The position numbers and the translations under genes were made by a program. Source: Planctomycetota bacterium (GTDB lineage: Bacteria; Planctomycetota; B15-G4; SIAN01). From it: DNA of 64,000 nt. The notes under the pieces are model-generated. The model was given only the letters and a program-made list of their open reading frames with translations, was not told where the DNA came from and ran no database searches. Of the stretch, positions 15,494 through 22,906 are shown one piece after another (positions within the stretch are counted from its first letter, which is position 1; every line of letters starts with the position of its first letter). The stretch spans positions 47,112 through 111,111 of the forward strand of contig JAEUIC010000030.1 of assembly GCA_016795285.1 (NCBI GenBank), given 5' to 3'.

Positions 15494-16921
15494 CTACCAG
15501 CCGCGCGTGAACCAGGTGTGGCCGGGCCCGTTGTAGTTGGCCCCTTCGCCCCAGATCACGTGGTTGGTGCCGAACTGATCGACCGCGAGCCCGAGGTAGT
15601 CGCCGAAGACGAAGTCGTAGCCGAGCGAGCTCTTGTAGACGACCGGCACGTCGAGCTGCGACAGGCGCACGTCGTTCGACCAGGTGGCGCCGCCGTCGCG
15701 CGTCTCCTTGAACCAGGTGTTCCACGTGCCCGCCATGCGCGTGTCCTGCCAGACGATGCGGAAGTCGCCGGGCGTCGAGCTGGTGGCGACGGCGGGGAAG
15801 CCGTTGTGCACCGCGTTCGGGGCCACCGAGATCTGCTGGCGCGCGCTCCAGTTGACGCCGTCCGTCGAGGTGGAGAACCAGAGCTTCTGCGGTCGGCGCC
15901 GCCCGACGCCGGCGTTCCAGACGTACATCAAGGTGCCGGCCGAATCGCAGGCGATCGACGACTGCGGACCGAGGAAGCCGAAGTAGCAGCCGGGCACGCT
16001 GCCGCAGCCGGGCATCTCGTCGGAGGTGTCGATGCGGACGGTGCTCCAGGTGGCGCCGTTGTCGGTGGAGCTGGTCACGTTCACGTAGGTGGGGCCGCCG
16101 AAGTCGAAGCGGTAGTCGGCGGTGGCGAAGTGGACGTCGCCGTTGGGCGCGACGCAGCCGCCGGTGTGGTACCAGTAGCGGCCGTTGCTGGCGGTCTGGA
16201 TCGGCGCGGTCCAAGTCGCGCCGCCGTCGTGCGAGACGACGACGTAGGGATCGGAGGAGTTGAAGCCGACGAAGAGGTCCTGGCCGTTCGGATGGACCAC
16301 CAGCCACGGCTTGTCCGACCAGCCCGACGGGAAGGCGCTGCTCTTCGGCGCCAGCGCGATCGGCGCGGTCCAGGTGCGGCCGTGGTCGCTCGACTTCTTG
16401 AAGCTGACGCCTGGCGTGAAGAGGCTCAACCAGACCACGAAGACGGTCCCGTCGTCGGAGACGGCGATCTGCGGATCGGCCTCCCACCGGCGCGTGTTCT
16501 CGATGTACTGGTCGGGCTGCCACGTCTGCCCGCCGTCGGTCGAGATGCGCAGCGGCAGGTGGGGCTGCGAGAAGGCGTTCGGGTCGCCGTAGCGCGTGGT
16601 CGACTGGTAGACGTACTTGCCGTCGCGGCTGCAGGCGACCGCCGGCTCCCAGTCGGAGAAGTAGCTCATCGGCAACTCGCCGTCGAAGGTCGACGCGGTG
16701 CCGGTCGGCGGCGGAGTGCTGGCGGGCGTCGTGGCGCTCGGTCGCTTGCTCGACATCGATTGCGCAAGCGCCTGCGAGAGGAGCGCGCCGCTCATCGAGT
16801 CGAGGTGCGCCTTCGGGCGCCGCTCGTGCTCCTCTTCGCCGTGCTCCGCGTCGTCGGTGGCGGCGCACGCGGTGACCAGCAGCGGAACGAGCGCGAGCAG
16901 CAGTCGATGCGGGAGGGGCAT
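15494..16921 (-). CDS. BNR/Asp-box repeat glycosidase-like (sialidase family) lipoprotein
   Basis: The lipobox is 'LLVTAC'. At least six S-x-D-x-G-x-T-W Asp-box repeats are present: 'STDGGQTW', 'SSDHGRTW', 'SHDGGATW', 'STDNGATW', 'STDGVNW' and 'TRDGGATW'. The 1833-aa ORF call is an artifact. Confidence 0.8.
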   Translation of the reverse strand: MPLPHRLLLALVPLLVTACAATDDAEHGEEEHERRPKAHLDSMSGALLSQALAQSMSSKRPSATTPASTPPPTGTASTFDGELPMSYFSDWEPAVACSRDGKYVYQSTTRYGDPNAFSQPHLPLRISTDGGQTWQPDQYIENTRRWEADPQIAVSDDGTVFVVWLSLFTPGVSFKKSSDHGRTWTAPIALAPKSSAFPSGWSDKPWLVVHPNGQDLFVGFNSSDPYVVVSHDGGATWTAPIQTASNGRYWYHTGGCVAPNGDVHFATADYRFDFGGPTYVNVTSSTDNGATWSTVRIDTSDEMPGCGSVPGCYFGFLGPQSSIACDSAGTLMYVWNAGVGRRRPQKLWFSTSTDGVNWSARQQISVAPNAVHNGFPAVATSSTPGDFRIVWQDTRMAGTWNTWFKETRDGGATWSNDVRLSQLDVPVVYKSSLGYDFVFGDYLGLAVDQFGTNHVIWGEGANYNGPGHTWFTRGW

Positions 16922-16992
16922 GCGCAGATCCTCGAAGAAGACGCGAGCGGTGGACGACGGCGCCGCGACGATGCAGCCGTCGGGGCGAGCCG

Positions 16993-17742
16993 TCAATTCC
17001 ACGCCAGCTCGAGCGTCGCGCCCGGCGCCAGCGTGAGGTCGTCGACGTGGCCGACCACGTCGCCGAGCAGCGTGCGCAGATGGAGATGGAGCGGCGGGCT
17101 CGCGATCGGGCAGGTGCTCTGGCCAGGCGGCGCGAGGAAGCCGAGCAGCTGCACCGGCGCCTCCTTCAGCTCGAGCGGCCGGCCGGCGGCGGCGAGCGAG
17201 TCGGGATCGAGCGGCGTGCCGGGCGCCAAGTCGACCACGTGGAGCCGCGCCGTCTTCGCCACGCCGAAGAGGCGCAGCGCGTAGAGGCGGTCGTCGCCGA
17301 GGCGGTTCTTCTCGAGCAGCCGCGGCAGCCACGCGGTCAGCTCGGCGAGGTCGTTCACGTCGGCCGGCACGGCGAAGTCGCGCCATTGGCGGACGTGGCT
17401 CGCGAGCAGGAAGGCGGCGCGCACGCCCGGCTCGACGCGCACTTGCGCGGTGCCGTCGACGATGCGGCTGTGGAAGGGCGTGCCATCCCAGACGAAGAGC
17501 TCGCCGCGCAGTCCCGCGAGCGGCCCGATCGCGTAGGCGTGCGGCTTCGCCAGCACGTCGGCGAGCGCGACGCCTTCGGAAGGCGCGCCGGCCATCATCT
17601 GCTCCTGCATCGAGCCGAGCTGCACCACCGGCGGCGGCACGTGCGGGCGCGCTGCGGGCGCGGAGCTGCAGGCGGAGAAGCAGGCGAGCAGCGCGAGCGC
17701 AGCGCCGGAGAGCGGAGTTCGCGGGCGCGCCACGCGGCTCAC
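16993..17742 (-). CDS. Alpha-acetolactate decarboxylase (ALDC) family protein with a lipoprotein-type signal
   Basis: Blocks 'LADVLAKPHAYAIGPLAGLRGELFVWDG', 'LYALRLFGVAKTARLHVV' and 'HLHLRTLLGDVVGHVDDL' match conserved ALDC blocks. The signal is 'ALALLACFSACSS'. The GTG start is inferred. Confidence 0.65.
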   Translation of the reverse strand: MSRVARPRTPLSGAALALLACFSACSSAPAARPHVPPPVVQLGSMQEQMMAGAPSEGVALADVLAKPHAYAIGPLAGLRGELFVWDGTPFHSRIVDGTAQVRVEPGVRAAFLLASHVRQWRDFAVPADVNDLAELTAWLPRLLEKNRLGDDRLYALRLFGVAKTARLHVVDLAPGTPLDPDSLAAAGRPLELKEAPVQLLGFLAPPGQSTCPIASPPLHLHLRTLLGDVVGHVDDLTLAPGATLELAWN

Positions 17743-17957
17743 GCCCCCGACTTCGAGGTCGGCTGCGCCGGCGGCAACGGCTTCTTCGCGCCGCCGCTGG
17801 TGCAGAGCGCGAGGCCGAGCAGCAAGCCGCCGCCCGCGAGCATCGCCGCGTCGACCAGCAGGATGTTGCCCCACGCGCGCAGGAAGCCGGCGGCGAGCAA
17901 GCCGAGCGCGAGGAGGAAGAGGGCCGTGCGCAACTTCTGGAGCATCGCGGGGAGCAC
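17739..17957 (-). CDS. Small two-TM membrane protein (72 aa)
   Basis: Two hydrophobic helices are present. The stop overlaps the start of the ALDC-like gene as GTGA. Confidence 0.35.
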   Translation of the reverse strand: MLPAMLQKLRTALFLLALGLLAAGFLRAWGNILLVDAAMLAGGGLLLGLALCTSGGAKKPLPPAQPTSKSGA

Positions 17958-18094
17958 TCCTTCGTCGGCGCCGAGCGAGGCGGCCGAAGAGGCGGGTGAG
18001 TGTAGCGGTGCGGAGGCCGGGCGCAGTTGCGTGGTGGGCGGCGCGAGCTACAGGCCAGCATCGATCGCCTTCGCGGTGCACGAGGAGTGGGACG

Positions 18095-20110
18095 ATGCAC
18101 GGCACGACCTGGAAGTGGCTCTCGGTCTCGATCGTCGCGTGGTGCGCAGCGGTCGGGGCCGCCGTCGCGCAGGAGCGGTCCGAGGAACCGCCGACCATCG
18201 ACGGCGTCTCGCTCGAGGACTGGGCGGATCGCATCATCCAGGCGAAGCCCGAGGAGCAGTCGGCGCTGCTCGATCGCCTCCTGCCGCTGGTGAAGAGCGG
18301 GCCGTCGCTCGCGCGGGCCGAGGCAGCGGCGCTCCTGTCGAGCTTCGCGTCGGAGCTCGAGCGGCATGGTCCGCGCTTCGAACTCGCCATCGTGACGCTC
18401 CTCGAACTCGCGGGCGGCGACGACCTGCCCGCGGCACGCACAGCGATGCAAGCGCTCTCGTTTTCCGCTCGCGTCGAGCCGCGCGTGGTCGATGCGGCGG
18501 TCGCGCGGCTCACCAGCAGCGACGTCGAACTGCGTCGGGCCGCGACGTGGGCGCTCGCCAGCGCGCTGCCGAGCGATTCGCGCTGCGAGCAGTGGCTCCG
18601 CGAACGACTCGCCGATCGCGACGCCCAGGTTCGCTGCGCGGCGGTCACCGCGTTGATCGCCGAGGGGGCGAAGGATGACGTCGTCGCGGGCGTCTTCGTC
18701 GAACTCGCCGGGTGCGATGACGCCTACGCGCGATCGAGTGTGCTGGCCCACTTCGGGTGGCTCGGCAACGACTTCCTGAGCGCGCAGCTGCCGCTGCTGC
18801 TGGAGAAGCTGCGGAGCGACTCGTCGACCGATCGCGGCAACGCGGCTCTCTGGATCGGCACGCTCGGCGAAGCGGGCTACGACGTTCCCGATGCGGTTCC
18901 GCCGCTGCTCGAGCTGGCGCGCGATTCGAATCGTGGGGCGCGCGAGGCGGCGGCGCGAGCGCTCGGCGTCGTCGGCGCCACGACGGAGCAGGCGGTGCCG
19001 GCGCTCGCTGCGTTGCTGGCCGACGCAAGCTCGGAGGTGCGCTACTCGGCGCTCGCCTCGCTGGCGCAGGCGGGCGAAGAGGTCGTCCTCGCGCTGCCGG
19101 AGCTGATCGCGGCGCTCGACCACGTCGATGCGCAGCAGCGCGCGGCGGTGGCGAACCTGATCGCGCTCGGCGGCGCCCAATCGGCGGCTGCGGTCGAGGC
19201 GCTGCAGCGGCGGCTCGCCGATCCGGTCGCGAACGTCCGCACCTGGAGCGCCTTCGCGCTGCGCTCGATCGGCGCGGCCTCGCTGCCGGCGCTGCCGCTG
19301 TTCGAGCGGATGGTTCGCGGAGAGCCCGATGCGAAGGCGCGCCTCGAGGCGGTGCGCGCGATCGCGGCGCTCGGCTCCCTCGCCGGTGGCGTCGCGGAGC
19401 CGGTCGCGGCGGCGTGCCGCGATCCCGATCGCGACGTGCAACTCTGGTCGCTCTTCGCGCTCGGCGAGCTCGGCGTGGTGACCGAGGCGACGCGCGCGGC
19501 GCTGCAGACGGCGCTCGCGAGCGGCGACGCGGCGCTGATCGAGGAAGCGGCGAAGGCGGCGGCGAAGCTCGGGCTCGGTGAAGAGGCGGGCGGCGCGGCG
19601 AAAGACGCTGCGGCCACTGCGGCGGCCGGCGCCGGTGGCACGCCGCAGCCGCGCAGCGCGCCGCGCTCCGCTCCGGTCGTCTACGAGAAACTCGCGCTCG
19701 TGCTGGTCGATGCGCGCGGCGCGGCCATCGTCGACTTCGAGGCGCCCTACACCACCGTCGACGACGGGATCGAGCGCTGCGGCATCACGGTTCGCTGGCG
19801 CTACCTCGCGCGCGGGCAATCCAAGGCGACCGAAGGGAGCGACGACGCCTTCGAGCGCCGCTGGGTCAGTGGCAACAGCACCAACACGAAGAGCGACCTC
19901 GCGCCGGGGCAAGTCGACAGCAGTGCAGCGTGGCTCGACGCGGGACCGCTGCGCCTGCAGTGGTCGAACCGCGGCAACGACACCGGTTGGATCTACTGGC
20001 GCCGCGACGAACTGCGGGTCGAGCTCGCGAGCGAAGGCGACTTCGAGACGCTCGACTTGTCGCGATGGCTGCACGACTCGCCCCTCGCGGCGCCGCCTGA
20101 CCGGCGCTGA
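18095..20110 (+). CDS. HEAT / PBS-lyase-like repeat protein, secreted
   Basis: A GAGGAG Shine-Dalgarno lies 8 nt upstream of the ATG at 18095. The signal is 'WLSVSIVAWCAAVGAAVA'. HEAT-like units repeat, for example 'DRDAQVRCAAVTALIAEG' and 'DRDVQLWSLFALGELG'. Confidence 0.7.
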   Translation: MHGTTWKWLSVSIVAWCAAVGAAVAQERSEEPPTIDGVSLEDWADRIIQAKPEEQSALLDRLLPLVKSGPSLARAEAAALLSSFASELERHGPRFELAIVTLLELAGGDDLPAARTAMQALSFSARVEPRVVDAAVARLTSSDVELRRAATWALASALPSDSRCEQWLRERLADRDAQVRCAAVTALIAEGAKDDVVAGVFVELAGCDDAYARSSVLAHFGWLGNDFLSAQLPLLLEKLRSDSSTDRGNAALWIGTLGEAGYDVPDAVPPLLELARDSNRGAREAAARALGVVGATTEQAVPALAALLADASSEVRYSALASLAQAGEEVVLALPELIAALDHVDAQQRAAVANLIALGGAQSAAAVEALQRRLADPVANVRTWSAFALRSIGAASLPALPLFERMVRGEPDAKARLEAVRAIAALGSLAGGVAEPVAAACRDPDRDVQLWSLFALGELGVVTEATRAALQTALASGDAALIEEAAKAAAKLGLGEEAGGAAKDAAATAAAGAGGTPQPRSAPRSAPVVYEKLALVLVDARGAAIVDFEAPYTTVDDGIERCGITVRWRYLARGQSKATEGSDDAFERRWVSGNSTNTKSDLAPGQVDSSAAWLDAGPLRLQWSNRGNDTGWIYWRRDELRVELASEGDFETLDLSRWLHDSPLAAPPDRR

Positions 20111-20161
20111 GCCGATCGCGCCGAGCGCGAGTAGGCTTGCCGGTCCCTCGAGGAGCGGTCC

Positions 20162-21022
20162 ATGCTCGACTCGTGCATCGGTCGGTTCGGCGTCATCCGT
20201 GCGCTCGTCGTCGCGGTCGCGGCGTTCGGCGGCGGGCAAGGGACGGCGACTCCGCCGTCGAGCACCACTGCGGTCGCGGTGCCGCAGCAGAAGGAAGCCG
20301 CGGTCGACGAGAACGGCATCCCGGCGCGCGACCTGCTGGCCGACGGCGACGCGATGAAGCGCTACTTCCTGATCGGGCCGCGCGAGAAGAAGAAGGCGCC
20401 GAAGGAGGGGTGGGCGTGCCTGGTGGTGATGCCGGGCGGGCCGGGCGGGCCCGAGTTCCACGGCTTCGTGAAGAACCTCTGGGACAGCTGCTGCCCCGAG
20501 GAGTTCGTCGTCGTGCAGCTCGTCGCCCCGAAGTGGGTCGAGCAACCGAAGGTGATCTGGCCGAGCGAGCCGGGCGATCAGCAGGGGATGAAGTTCACCA
20601 CGCGCGAGCAGATCGATGCGACGCTCGCCGACGTCGAGAAGGTGCAGAAGGTGAAGCTCGATCGCAAGCGGCTCTACCAGCTGGCGTGGTCGTCGAGCGG
20701 CCCCAACGCCTACCGCTTCGCGCTCGAGGAGAAGCCGCTCTTCGCGGCGAGCTACATCGCGATGTCGGTGTTCAAGGAGAACGGGCTGCAGCTCTCGCGC
20801 GCGAAGGGGCGCGCCTTCTTCCTCGACCATTCGCCCGAGGACACCACCTGCAAGTTCGCCGAGGCGGAGCGCGCGAAGGAGAAGCTCGCGAAGGAGGGGG
20901 CGACGGTCGAGCTGGTCACCTACAAGGGCGGCCACGGCTGGAGCGACGACCCGATGGCGCGCCTGAAGAAGGGCATCGCCTGGATGGAGGAGCACCGGGC
21001 GGGCGCGAAGCGCGGGAAGTGA
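20162..21022 (+). CDS. Alpha/beta-hydrolase (carboxylesterase/phospholipase-like)
   Basis: The nucleophile elbow is 'AWSSSGP'. An N-terminal signal-like segment is present. A C-terminal 'GGHGW' is typical of esterases. Confidence 0.65.
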   Translation: MLDSCIGRFGVIRALVVAVAAFGGGQGTATPPSSTTAVAVPQQKEAAVDENGIPARDLLADGDAMKRYFLIGPREKKKAPKEGWACLVVMPGGPGGPEFHGFVKNLWDSCCPEEFVVVQLVAPKWVEQPKVIWPSEPGDQQGMKFTTREQIDATLADVEKVQKVKLDRKRLYQLAWSSSGPNAYRFALEEKPLFAASYIAMSVFKENGLQLSRAKGRAFFLDHSPEDTTCKFAEAERAKEKLAKEGATVELVTYKGGHGWSDDPMARLKKGIAWMEEHRAGAKRGK

Positions 21023-21065
21023 GGCGCGGCGAGCGAGGCTCGCGAAGGGAGGCGCGGGCGGATGC

Positions 21066-22088
21066 TCAGGCCTCCGCGAGCGCCTCCGACAGCGAGCGAG
21101 CGTCGAGGATGCGCAGCGCCCAGACCTCGATCTGCTCGGACGGTGCGGCGCGCACGCGGGCCACGACGGCTTCCGACAGCTCCCCGAACCGGCGGCGCAA
21201 CTGCTTCAGCAAGAGGTCGCGCTGCCCGAGATCGTGCCCTTCGGCGATCAACTCCTCGCCCATCGTCATGGTCGTCTCCTTCGCTCCAGGGTCGATGAGA
21301 CGCGGCGCGATCTCGTCGCGCAGGAAGGCGCGTCCGATCCGTTCTCCAGTGATCGAAAGATAGCGCAGCACCAGCATCAGTGCCGCCCGGCCGCCCGGGG
21401 CGCGCGCCGTCGCGTTCATCAGCTCGACCCAATCGATCACCCGCTCGCGCAGGTCGGGGGCGGTGCGCGCGTGCTTCAGCGCGAGCAGCGCCAGCAGCGC
21501 GGCGGCGTCGAGGACGGTGCTCCGCAGCTCGCCGTCGCGGACCTGCGTCAAGTCGGTCAAGTGGAAGAGGAAGTCGAGCGAGCCGGCCTGCTCCTCGGGA
21601 TGCGCGTCGACGAGGTGGGCGAAATCGGCGGGAGCGGGCCACGCGTTTCCGCCGTGGTAGAGCACCGCCGGCACGATCAGCGGCAGCTCGCGGGTGTCGG
21701 CGTGTTCGCGACGCCAGCGCTCCCAGATCGCGCGCTGGTAGTCGAGCAGGCGCAGCGGAAGCCAGCGATCGATCGAGCTCTGATGCTCGATCAGCAGGTG
21801 GATCAGGCGCGGCGTGGATTCGTCAGCTTCGCCGGAAGGCTGGCCGGCAGGCGGCGGCCCGAAGCTCGCACGCGTGCGCGCCGTCGTTCGCGGCTCCACG
21901 GTGAAGAGCAGGTCGGCAGCCCGTCCGCGCAGCTCCGGATCGACGAAGCTGCCCGGCACGGCCTGCAATGTCGCGAGGTCGAGCTGCAGGAGGAGCCGCT
22001 GCGGGAGCATGCTCCGCAGCAGCGCCGCCGCTCGCGCAGGGTCGCCGAAGACGGCGCGGACGAGGTGATCGTGGGGGTGCGAGAGCAT
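21066..22088 (-). mobile_element. Rpn/YhgA-like recombination-promoting nuclease (PD-(D/E)XK transposase-like)
   Basis: The N-terminal 'HDHLVRAVFGDPARAAALLRSMLP' is characteristic of the family. A C-terminal DUF4351-like tail is present. Confidence 0.75.
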
Positions 22089-22165
22089 GTCGAGCGCGAT
22101 GACGTCGCTCGCGCGGCGCGGTGACGCGCCGTTTCCCCTTCACGCGCCGCCGCTATGACTCCGCC

Positions 22166-22906
22166 ATGCGACGCATCTACATCGGCGACCTGCAGGGCTG
22201 TCGCGAGGAGCTCGAGCGGCTGCTCGAGGCGGTGAAGTTCGATCCGGCGCGCGATCGGCTCCACTCGGTCGGCGATGCCATCAACCGTGGCCCCGACTCG
22301 GCCGGCTGCGTGCGGCTGCTGAAGCAGCTCGACGCCGTGATGGTGCTCGGCAACCACGAGCTCCACTGGTTCGACGTCGCGGCCGGCTGGCGCAAGGCGG
22401 GCAAGCGCGACACGCTGCAGTCGCTCGAGCAGGCGCCCGATCGCGACGAGCTCGACGCGTGGCTGCGCGCGCGGCCGCTGCTGCACGTCGAGCGCGACGT
22501 GGTGCTGGTCCACGCCGGCCTTGATCCGCGCTGGAGCGACCTCGAGGCGACGGCGGCGCGGCTGCGCGCGGCGCTCGACGGGGCGCTCGCGACCGGCCAC
22601 TCGCCGTGGGAGCTCGCCGAGGTCGCCTTCGCGACGTCGGTGCGCTACTGCGACTCCGAGGGGCGCGAGCCGGAGGGCGACTGGCCGCCGCCGCCCGCGC
22701 CCTACGAGCCGTGGGACCACTGGTACCGCGGGGCACGCATCGTCGTCTGCGGCCACTGGGCGCGCCGCGGCGTGGTGGTGGCGGAGAAGCTGCGCGCGCT
22801 CGACTCGGGCTGCGTCTACGGCAAGCAGCTCACCGCCTGGATCGCCGAGGAGCAGCGCCTCGTGCAGGTGCCGGCCAAGCGCGCCTGGTCGCCGGTCACG
22901 GCGTGA
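22166..22906 (+). CDS. apaH: Bis(5'-nucleosyl)-tetraphosphatase (symmetrical), ApaH-like metallophosphoesterase
   Basis: Motifs are 'IYIGDLQGC', 'GDAINRGPDS' and 'LGNHE'. Start ATG at 22166. Confidence 0.7.
   Translation: MRRIYIGDLQGCREELERLLEAVKFDPARDRLHSVGDAINRGPDSAGCVRLLKQLDAVMVLGNHELHWFDVAAGWRKAGKRDTLQSLEQAPDRDELDAWLRARPLLHVERDVVLVHAGLDPRWSDLEATAARLRAALDGALATGHSPWELAEVAFATSVRYCDSEGREPEGDWPPPPAPYEPWDHWYRGARIVVCGHWARRGVVVAEKLRALDSGCVYGKQLTAWIAEEQRLVQVPAKRAWSPVTA

Noticed and set aside
15494-20995. 1833-aa minus-strand ORF
   Set aside because: Only the 3' 1.4 kb (15494..16921) encodes the BNR-repeat protein, with a clear Met and lipobox. Upstream it is an Arg/Ala-rich reverse-frame read-through of plus-strand genes.
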